Part shown: in pieces, positions 1 through 11,345 of the stretch
Position numbering within the stretch: the first letter of the stretch is position 1
How the letters are laid out: the number at the start of each line of letters is the position of its first letter
Assembly (NCBI RefSeq): GCF_000315625.1
Contig: NW_005434651.1
Coordinates: 178,058-242,057 of the forward strand
Direction: 5' to 3'
Length of the DNA: 64,000 nt
Origin: Guillardia theta CCMP2712
Taxonomy: Eukaryota > Protista > Cryptophyta
The notes under the pieces: generated by a model
Seen by the model: only the letters and a program-made list of their open reading frames with translations
Told to the model about the DNA's origin: nothing
Database searches by the model: none
Program-made: the position numbers and the translations under genes

Positions 1-3000
1 AGTTGCAACATGTTGACCCCCGAGCCTGAAACACGACTCCAGCATGAGATAGCTGAGAGGGGTTGTGTTTCTTGTTAGCGGGAAACTCTTTTGATCTTGT
101 ATCAGGCATTCTAACGTGTCTCGGAGGACTTCAACTCCCATAGCCGAAGGATCCAAACTTACAGCAGCGAATAGAAAGATTCGGGGCCTCTTGGAGATTA
201 GTTCACGCAGTCTGAGTGTGAAGAGATTCTCTCTTTCATCTCGTGCAGAGGCATGATTGAAGTACGAAGCGGTTTGTACCTTCGGGTTGCTTGATTTTTC
301 TATCTCATGCATCTTGAAATGAAGATCGACCAGGTGCTGTTGATGACTGATATCACAAGCTTGTTTTGCTCGCGAAAGAAGATTGTGAAAGCATTCATCC
401 TCTTTCACTTTCAAAGGCACTTGAAGATCAAGCCTCAAATTCTTCAAGCTTGATTGAAGTACATGATCTCGTTCTCTCTTCAATGCATACCATTCTTCGG
501 GTAGGTCAAAGAGGTGAGCAAGCTTGGCCTCTGCTTCTCTTAGCTCTTCATGCAACTCTTTGACATTGTTTTCTTCCCAACAGACAATGCTCTCTTGGAC
601 TTGAAGCAATCTTCTCGATGCACAGTTAGATGTAGATTCAGGGGTTGACTCTCCATGATCATCATCAACGTTTGCTTCAGCTTCGAGCAAGTCGGCGTGC
701 GTTCCCACGATGCTCACTGCTGCTCCTGGGACTTGTGATTGCACTGCTTCCACCCATTTGAATGCTTGCACATGGCAGTCCTGCTGAGATAAGTCTATCA
801 CGCAGACATAAAGAGCTCCAGGAGACATAAAGAACCGATGGGTTGCGAGATAAACGTCATGTCCACCTGCATCGTACGAATTGATCACTAGACGGCTGTT
901 CTGATTCAGTTTGTGTGATTTCACGACAACTGATACCGTCCTGTCATCGTCAGCTCGCATGCGAGGTCTGCCAGTCTCGAGCGTATCCAACAAGCTACTC
1001 TTTCCCGCTTTGGGTTCCCCGACCAACATCATTTTGAGCATATGACTCTCGACGTGTCCTTTGTTCAGATCTCTGAGATATTTCAGGCAGAAGGGGGCTC
1101 CTCGCTTGCACACATGTGGAGGGGGTGTGTGGAGATTGAGACATCCTGTAGTGTTGAGAATCCGTAGAGAAGTGCATCGTGCGAGTGAATAGGATATTGT
1201 TTCCAACTCCTTGTTGTTGTTGAAGTAAACCATCTGGAGAGCAATCAAATCTCCAATCCATTCTGGACAACTCCTTAATCCTATATTTTGAAGATCCAAC
1301 ACTGTCAGGTTGGACAATGCTTGCAGAAAGTTGGAGTTCTCAAGACTCCTTCCTAGGTTCTCATTTTGTCCAAGTCCAAGTGATCTTAAGTTTGAAAGCG
1401 CACGTAAACATTGAGGACAGCTCACTTGACCGGTTCCTGTGAGATCCAAAGTTTCCAGACCACAAAGCTTGAGCATGACATCATCATCAAGGCTCAGCTC
1501 TTGATTCCATCCCAGTATGAGCACTTGCAGCTGAGTCAGCTCTCTTAACCAGCTGGGACAGGTTTTGAGCCCAACACTCGACAGATCGAGGGAAGACAAG
1601 AGTTGCAGATGTCCTAATTGAACATCATGCAGACTACGACCAAGATGGATGTTTTCACTGAGAATCAGATGATGCAGCCCCTTCAGATCTCCAATCCAGT
1701 CCGGACATTGACTGAGGCGTATGCTTGAAAGATTTATCATCCTCAGATTCGTCAGGCATCCAAGATTCCAAATTTCCAAGTTTTCGCCAAGACTGATATT
1801 GCCGCTCAGATTGATTTCTTGAAGCTGAGTCATCTGTCTAATCCATGGAAGACACCCAACTAACGAAAGATCTCTCAAATCCAGGGATGTCAGATTTGTT
1901 AGGTATGAAATACTTGTCATGTTTGCTGGATCATCAATGCTCCCCCCAAGTTTTCGATTCCCACCGACATTGAGTTCCGTCAAGGAATTCAAATCTCCCA
2001 ACCAATTTGGACACTTGCTTAGACCGATACAAGACAAGTCCAACTTAACCATCTTCTTCAAACCTGCCAAATCTACTTTGTGGATCTGCTCAGTGAGGGA
2101 CCTGTTTCTCTTGACCACAAGATTTTCTAACTTTGCCATATGACTTATACAAGATAAACTCTTTAGATCAATCCCAGTCAAATCCAGAGTTCGCAACTGG
2201 CTCAATCCATGTAGCGTTGTTTCGTCGAAAGCATCACCAAGCTCCCAGTTACCACCGACTATGAGATGATGAAGATTTAATTGGGTCAAGAATTGTGGGC
2301 ATTCAGTCAGGCCGGTCGACTCCATATTCAGATAAGTCAGATTCGTCATTTGAGACCAGCCGGCATCAAGTAGATGATTTCCAAGCTCCTCATTGTGTCC
2401 AACGTCCAATGAGCTCAGTTTCCTGAGGCTGGTGAGCCAATCTGGCAAACAATGCATGCCAGTCTTGGAGAGATTCAACAAAGTGAGGTTGCTCAAACCT
2501 CTCATGGAGGAAGGGAACACTCCAACGAGCTCTTGATTGTTCGCGAGGGAAAGATGTTTCAATCTGTGAAGCAGCCCCAGCCATGCGGGGAGAAGGGAGA
2601 GGGCATTCCCCTCGAGATCGAGTCTAACAAGGTTTTTCAGCAGCTTCAAAGCGTCAGGAAGTGACGCCAGGACGTTGTAGCTAAGATTTAAAGCAAAGAT
2701 TCGGAGTGGGTCTTTTGCAGACAATGCTTCAGAAGTTCCCACTAGCCTGAGGTTTCGCTCCCGTAGATCAACAGTGGTATCTTCGTGTATGTGCACACGA
2801 CTCACATGCCCTCGCCAAAGAGCTTGCAGGCGCACTACACCAGCAATGGACCTGCTGAACATCCTACGAGCCCTGCATCCTAGCCATCGTGCTCGGATAT
2901 TTGTTGCGCATCGATGCCTCTTCTTTTCTATATGGATTGCATTCCATTGACGCCAAAGCACAGTCAATGCACTCCCTGCAGCAATAGTACCTACAAGAAC

Positions 3001-3042
3001 TTGAAGAGCTCTTCTCAAATATCTTCTCCTCTTCTCGTCCAT
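1..3042 (-). CDS. Roco-family protein (N-terminal TM, 2 IQ motifs, LRR array, Roc GTPase); runs off the left window edge, 3' partial
   Basis: Frame read from ATG 3042 (MDEKRRRYLRRALQVLVGTIAAGSALTVLW); segments translated by hand share this frame, and it is absent from the ORF track, as expected if no stop falls inside the window. IQ-like ATNIRARWLGCRAR and VVRLQALWRGHVSR; LRRs ~1100-2780; P-loop KMMLVGEPKAGKSSL ~990-1035; DAGGHDVYLATHRFF ~830-875. Confidence 0.92.
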   Translation of the reverse strand, partial: MDEKRRRYLRRALQVLVGTIAAGSALTVLWRQWNAIHIEKKRHRCATNIRARWLGCRARRMFSRSIAGVVRLQALWRGHVSRVHIHEDTTVDLRERNLRLVGTSEALSAKDPLRIFALNLSYNVLASLPDALKLLKNLVRLDLEGNALSLLPAWLGLLHRLKHLSLANNQELVGVFPSSMRGLSNLTLLNLSKTGMHCLPDWLTSLRKLSSLDVGHNEELGNHLLDAGWSQMTNLTYLNMESTGLTECPQFLTQLNLHHLIVGGNWELGDAFDETTLHGLSQLRTLDLTGIDLKSLSCISHMAKLENLVVKRNRSLTEQIHKVDLAGLKKMVKLDLSCIGLSKCPNWLGDLNSLTELNVGGNRKLGGSIDDPANMTSISYLTNLTSLDLRDLSLVGCLPWIRQMTQLQEINLSGNISLGENLEIWNLGCLTNLRMINLSSIRLSQCPDWIGDLKGLHHLILSENIHLGRSLHDVQLGHLQLLSSLDLSSVGLKTCPSWLRELTQLQVLILGWNQELSLDDDVMLKLCGLETLDLTGTGQVSCPQCLRALSNLRSLGLGQNENLGRSLENSNFLQALSNLTVLDLQNIGLRSCPEWIGDLIALQMVYFNNNKELETISYSLARCTSLRILNTTGCLNLHTPPPHVCKRGAPFCLKYLRDLNKGHVESHMLKMMLVGEPKAGKSSLLDTLETGRPRMRADDDRTVSVVVKSHKLNQNSRLVINSYDAGGHDVYLATHRFFMSPGALYVCVIDLSQQDCHVQAFKWVEAVQSQVPGAAVSIVGTHADLLEAEANVDDDHGESTPESTSNCASRRLLQVQESIVCWEENNVKELHEELREAEAKLAHLFDLPEEWYALKRERDHVLQSSLKNLRLDLQVPLKVKEDECFHNLLSRAKQACDISHQQHLVDLHFKMHEIEKSSNPKVQTASYFNHASARDERENLFTLRLRELISKRPRIFLFAAVSLDPSAMGVEVLRDTLECLIQDQKSFPLTRNTTPLSYLMLESCFRLGGQHVAT

Positions 3043-3329
3043 TTGTGGACCAATTGCAATGAAAACTCTAAGTCACTTCACATTCACCCTAAATGGAGCC
3101 TAGAGAGCAAGAGTGCAATTCAGACAGGGGCAAGAAACACAAAGTTTACCGTAGCATGGCCCACCTGGTTCTCAACAGCAAGCACTTCTCCAAAACAACC
3201 ATCATCCGCTCGCTCTTCCCGTCTCATCGCATCCGAGTCCATTTCGGAGTCGCAACGTGAATTTGAGCTGGGAGTGGACTTGGATCCGGTCCTTTTCTCC
3301 GTGAAAATCGCGAAAATGTGGGGGTAGGG

Positions 3330-3700
3330 TCATGAACCGTACCCGGAGCGCAAGGTTCTTCCGTCCGGCACTCTTCAGTACGGTCACTAATAACTCTCAG
3401 TCAGCGGGTCCCGGCCGGCCCTCACGGTGTCCGATGGCTGCCGCAGTGGCAGGGCTTTTCGCCGGTTCTCGAAGGTGTGAATGTACCGTACTGTTTCAAG
3501 ACAAGCTTGTTAGTCAGTAGACCGATTTGATCATCTTGAAAGCCTCACTGCGTAAGGCACAGTCAGGGCGTGGCCGCGGGAAGGATAGTGTGCGAAGTGC
3601 GGCCCTACCTGCCCTGGGCCCTGCCCTGGGCCGGCAGTGTCACGGGCCGGCCGGGCACTGTGGCAGGTCAGCCGGCCGCTGAGGTGGACCCCTGGGTGGA
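3330..3700. promoter_or_regulatory. GC-rich CCGG/palindrome cluster between divergent Roco and TRM5 genes
   Basis: GGCCGGCC, CAGTACGGTCAC, GTACCGTAC, CAGTGTCAC words recurring at other intergenic sites. Confidence 0.45.
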
Positions 3701-3947
3701 CCCGGGCTGTGAGAAAGAGGGGATGAGGGGGCACGGGATGAGGCCGGAGCAGGGGACAAGAGCCCATGAGAGATGGCGAAGGCAAGGGAGAGGCGAAGCA
3801 GGGAAGGCATGGAGAGAGGAAGGGGGAGAGCGCAGGAGAGCAGAGCAGAGCAGAGCCACGAGACAAGAAGGAGAAGCAGAGCAGGAGAGAGGGTGCGATG
3901 TTGAGATCTGACCCTTTACAAGGCCTCTCGATGAAGTGACCCGGAAC

Positions 3948-6435
3948 ATGGAAGACTCACCCCCTTCGCAGCAGCAGCGAGGTAGGAGGGAGGGATCAGA
4001 GCAGCGAGACTCGTTCTGATGCCCTCAGTAGATGCTATCCCTGTTGAGTCGTTCGAGAGGGAGAAACTGAGCTCCGTCGCCAACGTCGTCGGCCTTCAGA
4101 TCAAGTAGAAGGGTGGTCCCGCTCAGTTCTGCCTCCTCACCGACCCTTGCAGGCCACAAGACATCTCCTCTGCTCTCAAGGTCCTCAAGAACTTCTTGCT
4201 CAATCAAGCCCGGCAGCCCAACGTTGTCGATGCAACAAGTCGCATGCCCAGCCACCTCTTGCCGGCTGTGACTGTCAGCATTGGCAGATGGCGAGGCCAA
4301 CCGGAGTAAGATCCTCCTCCTCAGCCCTGAGCACGTCAAGAGCTCGGTCCTCGAAGAGCTGCCAGACGCCTGCAGGGGATTCGTGAAAGAGAAGGATGGT
4401 GATGGAGAGGAGGCGCGGACACCTGGTGGGCATTGAGGAGACTTACAGGCAAGCTAGTCCACTACACCCTCCAACACTCCTACTCCCACTTCACCTACGA
4501 TGAGGTCAGGATCAGAGCGTCTTCTGCTCAACCTCTCTGTCCTCAACTCTGAGCAGGCGCTGAAGAAGCTGCTTCCTCAAGACGTGGAAGTTCCCTCCTC
4601 CTTCGAGACCATAGGGCATGTCGCTCACCTGAACCTCCGGGAGAACCAGGAGGCGTATCGCCTGATCATTGCGCAAGTGAGCCCGTGACTATGGAGGAGG
4701 AGGAGGAGGAGGAGGAGGAGGAGGAGGAGGAGGAGTTGCTGTTGTGTATGGAATGACAATGGTGTATGATCACAGGTTATGGTCGACAAGTACTCAGCGA
4801 TCAAGACGGTTGTCAACAAGTTAGGTCAGGATAAGAAGATACTCCTGCTGCGCTCTTACATTCCCTTGCAGGAAACATCACCAACGAGTTTCGAGTCTTT
4901 CAGATGGAGGTATTTCGTTCTCCTGCGCGGGAGCTATCCTCAAGGGGAGCTCGGGGAGCAGGTACTTGCAGACAAGATCACCAACCAGAGTGTTCCAAGA
5001 CTCGTCAAGGAGGGCGACGCAGCGTTGGTAGGAGATGTCTCTTGTGGTCAAACTTGTGATCGAGACCCCAAGGAGACTTGTGTGAAGCAGAGTGGTTGTA
5101 TCTTCAAGATGAACTTCGGGGAGGTACGCGCACGCCTGGCGAGAGAGAGAGAGGAGTGAGAGGAGCTGCAGGTGTACTGGAACTCGCGGCTGGATGGTGA
5201 GCACAAGCGGCTCGTAGCCTCCTTCTCTTCGGACGATGAGGTTGAATGACCGTAAATGACGGAGGGGAGGGGAAGGGAAGGGATTGCAGAGGATAGACGA
5301 GAAGCGTTAGGAAAGGAGAGAGGACGAGGACAAGGACGAGGTCGAGGTCGAAGGAGGCTGATTGATGATCAGGTTTGGGACATGTTTGCAGGAATCGGCC
5401 CCTTTTCCGTTCCAGGTTTCTCTGCTCCTCCTCCTCTCCTCTCTAACTTTCAACTCGCAGCCGCCAAGCACCACAGCTGCCAAGTGTATGCAAACGATCT
5501 GAACCCAAGGTCAAAGTTCTACCTTGAGGAGAACTGCAGGTCATTGAAGCACCTCCCCTCCTCTCCCCTTCCCTTCCCTTCTCTTTCCTTTCCTTGCCTC
5601 CCCTCCCCTCACTCCCCTCACTCCCCCCCCTCTCACCTCCCTTTCTCCTCCTCACTTCTCGCAGGCTGAACAAAGTCGACGCGCTGGTCCACACCTCCTG
5701 CATGTGCGCCAGGGCCTTTCTGGCCTCCCGGGTCTCTCAGTGCTCAGAGAAGGTGGAGGAGCTCTAGCAGGGCCCGCGCTGACCGGCCTCAGCAGGCGCC
5801 GAGAGGCAAGGGGAAGCTTCACTGCATCATGAACCTGCCCGCCTCTGCTCCTGTGAAGTGCCGGGAGGTAGGAAGCAGCTCTAACGGCCTGCTCTCTGTC
5901 AGGAGTTCATGGATGCCTTCAGAGAAAAGTTCGACCCGGCAATCTGGAAGCCCGAGGACCTGCCCCTGGTGAGGAGACGTCGACTAGATCGCCCTTGACG
6001 CTCTGCCCACCAGGTCCACCTCTACGCTTTCCACAAGAGCGACGATGCCGCGATCTGCGAGCAGGAGATAATGAGGTGGATCCGCTGCAGCTTCTACTTC
6101 TCCTCCTTCTCCTTCTCCTTCTCCTTCTCCTCCTCCTCCTCCACCACCACCACCACCACCACCATGAACTCCTCATCATCATCATCATTTTCATCCTCTC
6201 ACGCTGCTTCAGGCGCGCCGAGAGCTCCTTGGGTTGCCGGATCCCCAACGTGGAGGCCCACACGGCATGATCCTCTCCTGTGCTGCCGATGCCTCGTGCT
6301 GACGGAGTCGAGCAGGTCAGGGACGTGGCTCCCAAGAAGCTCATGCTATGCTGCTCCTTCCGCCTCCCAGCAGAAGCAGCGTACATGAGAGAGGAGGGGG
6401 AGAGAGACCACAAGAGAGCCAAGGTAGAAGGATGA
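3948..6435 (+). CDS. TRM5: tRNA (guanine-37-N1)-methyltransferase, multi-exon
   Basis: Exons encode SFETIGHVAHLNL, VYWNSRL, VWDMFAGIGPF, VYANDLNP, HCIMNLP, VRDVAPKKLMLCCSFRLP; stop TGA 6433-6435; start ATG inferred. Confidence 0.93.
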
Positions 6436-6548
6436 GCCATGAGCGGCGAAGACTAGTGATGGCTCAAGGAAAAGCAAAGAGCAAACAATTGAAATCTCCA
6501 CCACTTCCCAACCGCCCACCTTGCCCTCCACTCCATACTTCCTCCTGC

Positions 6549-6951
6549 ATGTCCTCTGAGGACAATTTCCTTCTCAAGGCTGGACTAAACCTCTGCTTCT
6601 GGTCGTTTCCGAGACAAAATTGGTGTGACATGTCCGCATTCTGGTTTGGGAAAACCCATAAAAAAGCAATGGCCGAGATAGGACAAGACATGATGCAGGT
6701 TTGTTAGATTGCCTCCAGCAATCTCTCCCCGTCGCCGCTCGTTCAAGAGTCTGCACGATGATGTCAAGGGCCTTGTACCTGAGTTCTTCCTTCCAGATTT
6801 CGACACGTTCGTGCCATATGAACATACAGTCCGGACACAAAACGACTGGTATCGTTTCACGTACGACAGAGGTGCAAGGATCGGCTCTGAAAATCAGAAA
6901 TTTCGTTCAGGAAGGAATGAAACACACTCCCAAACCCATTTCTTCGTGTGA
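6549..6951 (+). CDS. Possible small two-exon hypothetical protein
   Basis: MSSEDNFLL...QDMMQ joins SLHDDVKGLVPEFFLP... in frame across a short GT-AG intron; no recognised motif. Confidence 0.3.
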
Positions 6952-7045
6952 TTCTATTTACAAAGCAAAAAGACGAAAATTCAACATGCTGGAGGAGGAG
7001 AAGCAAATATTTACAGTCCGCTTGCAGACTTCCACACCTGAGAGC

Positions 7046-8335
7046 TCAACGGCGTGTAGCGCTGTTGCAACTCAATTCCGCGGTGTACAAGATGTCATCT
7101 ATCCCAGAAACTTTGGAGAAGTACTGCACAACATCGGCAAACTTGTGTTGACTCCCATCCCAAAACTCACTCCATATCGTGATCCCTTCCTGATTCACAA
7201 GAATGCTCTCAGAGTTGCTGCACCGAACACCCTCACCATCCCTTCGCAGGCTGAACTTGCTCAAATGTATCTCCATGCTCTGCGTGTTCCTGTGCTGGTA
7301 GAGTCTGTTCCATGCCTCTTTCCTGAACCAGACATCGTCCTTGTTCCCATCCACAGAGCTCTGTTCGTGTTTCTGCCACATGCTCTGGAAGTTGCCCATG
7401 TAACTTGGCAGCTTCAACCGGACATGCTTCGACATGACTAGGACCCCCTCGTCGTTCACGATGAAGGAAAGGTGCAGCTGAAACATCCGCAGGGCCAGCC
7501 GTGAGAGTTGCATCCCGAACTTGGACGACATCTCCTGCACAGTCGCGCGGGTCTGCGGGCAGTGGAGGAGGGCCCCAATCATTGGAATGAATCCAAAGTG
7601 ATCTTGATCCAGCCTCTCGATCTTGGCGTCGAGGTCCCAAGGCAGAGTGCTCGACCTGATCTCGTCAAAGGCGTAGATGCCACTGAGCTCCTGCAGAGCC
7701 GCAGCACTCAGAGGGGAGGGATTGCTGCACGGCATGGCGTCCAACGACATGTGAAAAATGGCGACACCGGAATCGTCGACTGCCATGGGGACAAGCGTGC
7801 AACGTCTGCAGTCAAACCTTTCACTGTCGAAAGTCCTGATGTACACCTCGTAGGAGGTGTTCAACAGGGAAGACGCCCCCTCTACGCCCTGCAACGACGA
7901 CAGACACCGTAGCTTCAGCGCGTCCCTTGGGTGCACGAAGTCTATGAACCGCCTGCCCTCAAGCTGCTTGAAAGGGTTCTCCCTCAGAAGCTCCTTCAAC
8001 CCCGCGCTCGCAGCGGTCACCCTCCAGTCAGAGAGCGACACGGACAAGAAGAGGAACGTCCGACTGGACAGCATCCCACTCCGTATTAGCTCGTCCGCTA
8101 TACGCCGGGTGTCCGCACTTCCTGGCTCCGGAGCATCGCAGGGCTCCTGCTTCAGCGATCGCACGTACTTGACCAGGTCCCCCATCAGTTGCTCGACTGT
8201 CCTCCCTGATGCGAGCGACGATCTCAGCTGGTTCAGTCCGGAGGAGATAGGCACTCTTGCGTCCAGCGCGTCTATGAGGAGCCGCCGTCTCCCGCGCTGA
8301 GCTGCCTTCTGAATCGTCTTCTTGGCAGTTAACAT
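7046..8335 (-). CDS. bHLH-like plus PAS-domain protein, putative transcription factor, apparently intronless
   Basis: Basic region KKTIQKAAQRGRRRLLIDALDARVP, helix 2 RTVEQLMGDLVKYVRSL, PAS motif FLSVSLSDWRVTAASAG...LEGRRFIDFVHPRD. Confidence 0.72.
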   Translation of the reverse strand: MLTAKKTIQKAAQRGRRRLLIDALDARVPISSGLNQLRSSLASGRTVEQLMGDLVKYVRSLKQEPCDAPEPGSADTRRIADELIRSGMLSSRTFLFLSVSLSDWRVTAASAGLKELLRENPFKQLEGRRFIDFVHPRDALKLRCLSSLQGVEGASSLLNTSYEVYIRTFDSERFDCRRCTLVPMAVDDSGVAIFHMSLDAMPCSNPSPLSAAALQELSGIYAFDEIRSSTLPWDLDAKIERLDQDHFGFIPMIGALLHCPQTRATVQEMSSKFGMQLSRLALRMFQLHLSFIVNDEGVLVMSKHVRLKLPSYMGNFQSMWQKHEQSSVDGNKDDVWFRKEAWNRLYQHRNTQSMEIHLSKFSLRRDGEGVRCSNSESILVNQEGITIWSEFWDGSQHKFADVVQYFSKVSGIDDILYTAELSCNSATRR

Positions 8336-8739
8336 CTTGCAACGCGGACTTTCAAGGTGATCGGCGAGCAAATCGATGTTGCTCTTCCAGATTAAAGTCG
8401 AAATTTTGCGTTGTTGCTATGATGTGGCAGAACTGGGGGCAAGGTCCCTCACCTAGTGCACACTGTGAGATCTTGTCTGATCTTCAACATGAACATCCTT
8501 GGAACAGAGGAGAAGAAACAAGGATGAACAGATATTGACAACCTTGTTCAAACAAACAGGTGGTTACAGAGACAAGAGGGGAATGGATTTGGAAGATCGT
8601 GGAGTAAGGTGCAAGAACAAATCTTCTGGCTCAACTTGGTAAGACTACAAGTCACTGATGATGTCCTCGGCTGAGACTTGTCCTCTACACACAGATCAGC
8701 ATCGTCTATCGACCATTCCAACATCTTTGTACCCTACCA

Positions 8740-10025
8740 TCACAAATCGCGACCCCTACAGTCAGTCCCAGCATTCCTAGGATTATCACCGCTCTCCGCT
8801 CTCTGTCTCCATCCCTGCTTGGCGACCCCTCTGGCGACCCCACCCTCGACGCATTACCCCTCTCAATAGTTGTACCCCTATCTTCACATCCAACTGAACA
8901 AGAACCCCACCCCTGCTTGTTTTTACCCATATCAGGTAATAATAGAAAATGCTGGCTGTTTTCACTTCCCCACCCCTTGTTTTGACTACCCTACCCCTCC
9001 AAGGATCAACTCAGACCAGTTCCCTTGTTGCCACCCTACCCCATTCAAAGGGCATATCCGTCATCGGCTAAATGACCCCCGACCTCATAGTTTACACCCC
9101 TGTTTACCTCTAATTCCCTACCCCGGTCATGATTTCAAGGCCTCACCCCTGCACCCCTGTCCTTGCCATACACAAAATGCACACCACCCGTCATACCACC
9201 CACCCCACAAGATACTTGCTTCTCCACCCTGCGCCAACTTTGCTGTTCCGACGATGTGCTAACGACCGACAAAATGATTTCGAATCTGACAAGAAAGTTT
9301 TGAAATCCAAGAACAAAATTTCCAATTTCCAATAAAAATGTTGGTCAAGGACCCATGTAAACCCAAAGGGGCCGTGTTGTAAAGAGGTCATATCGGAGAT
9401 CTCGGCGAAACTAGATCTTTTCGCATCAAAAATGCGAATCGATGTGTTCACAAAGCAACCTTGGCACGAGTCCCTGCATGTTGTCCGACCCTAGTGTCAC
9501 GAGGGACTGAGTTACACATGGGTCATCGTCCCTTCTATGTACAACGTATCGTGAAGCGGTGTATCTGTGAAAGGGGTAGAGAACTCCAGAAGCCTCACGT
9601 GTTTGCCCGTCCAGAAGAGGCAAAAATTAGTTTTTGCCAAATCTAGGCGACACATCAGACTGAGATCGAAAGGGGGTCCTTTTAAACCAGAGGAGGGGGG
9701 TGAGATCCGAAGGTTGCAGAGAAGGCGTATGATTGAGACCCAACCCTTCCGTGCCAGGTCACGAGGTAACCACGAAACCAAAATTGGAAACTCGAATTCG
9801 TTTCGAAAAATATTTATCGAATATTCAAATTTGGGAAACCTGACTTTGGATATAGTTTGATCTTGAGATTGTCCTGTGAATTGCCATTCGAAGACAAGAC
9901 CCTAAAAGTACCTTTTTTCAAGCTACTGATGGGAGGGGCTCTACGTATTCCTATCACCGAAGGGTATATCACACTAGGACACCAGGGCTTAGCGGATTTA
10001 GAGCCCAGGGAGATATTGTTCTTTT
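8740..10025. other. Non-coding tract of dispersed (T/C)ACCCC motifs that switches to GGGGT motifs after an A/T-rich centre
   Basis: Numerous ACCCC/TACCC words 8740-9230, A/T-rich 9270-9340, G-run words 9560-10010. Confidence 0.5.
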
Positions 10026-11345
10026 TTTTCCACTTTTTTTTTTAAACAACCAGGTGCGCTTGCGAAGCTCACGACGAGGATGGAGAAAGAGCGAGAGCGA
10101 TATGCGGTACGAGGCAAGCACAAGGACAGCAAGAGAAGAGCCGCGTTGAGGTGTAGAAGTTAAGAGAACAAGAAACGATCATCTCGCTGCCAACACCCAA
10201 AACGGGAGATCTCCGTGACATGGCGCGAAGGCATTGATCGAGGTGAGCACAACACAAATGGCCACTCCAAGCATGGCAACGAGTCACATATTGAAGTGAG
10301 TTCAAAAAGCTGCGAAGGTAGAACAGGTGAGAGGGGAGCTGATTTTGCTCTACACAGACGTATGGGGAACAGATGAGCAAGTTGCCTGGCAGATCCCATC
10401 GGTACCTGCTTTTGGTCACTGATGGAAGTTCACACAACGATTAGAGATGAAATATGATGATAGCAAAGACGAGAATAAAATATTCAGACAAGAGGAAGAG
10501 AAGGTCGTATCAGAGAGGGCTACGTGGACTCGATGAAGAGAGCCAGTAGACGAAAATACGGGTTGGGGCTACCGGGGCACGTGGATTGCGAGAACGTGCG
10601 ACCGGGGTTTTAGAATGGAAAAACAACTTCAAGATCGAGAATGTTGAGGGAGGCATCTTGAAACTTATGCTATCATGCTGCAGAGCAGCAGTGCAAGTGG
10701 GATAGATTCAAATAGCCGCAGGTTATTGGCACACAAGACGAGAGACACTTGAAATGCGGTACAAGGCAACCTCAGTGATACAGGGTGAGGTTGAGCGTGG
10801 AGTGAAACACGATTGAGTTCCTAGATTTCAGTAAATCCTGATATTTCATCGCTCGGGTGCCGCATCACAATCACAGTCCTCGGACTTGATATTGCAACAA
10901 CCGCGTAGAGCAAGAAATTCATGATAGCCAACAAAAGACGCTTCCTGCAGGCAAGAATAATCGGGTTGAGATAAAGTAGAAGCCCTCGGGGAAATGCCTT
11001 GTTGTTTACGGATCATTCTTCTCTTCCTCTAGGCAACGCAGCACGTCAAGTAACTGTATAAGCGTTTCACTATCAGCCGTCTGCAGCAGCTGCTCTTGAT
11101 GTCGTGTGGTGGGGAGGGAGTGGAGGAGGCACGACCTTGAGTTTCGAGCATGGCGATGATGGGCGGTCTTGTAGGTCGACGAGTCGAGCATGGCGATCAA
11201 GCGACAAGCTTTGACATGCTGGGATTAGCTTCGGTTTCAAGGGTAAAATATGAAATATTGAATGAAAATACTATAGTAAATATGAATATTTGAAATGGAT
11301 TTTGAAATAACTTCAAAACGGCTCCCGGAATCGCAAGTTTGCGGC

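Noticed and set aside
8640-11200. Transposable element or viral insertion
   Set aside because: No transposase, RT or integrase motifs, terminal repeats or target-site duplication identified
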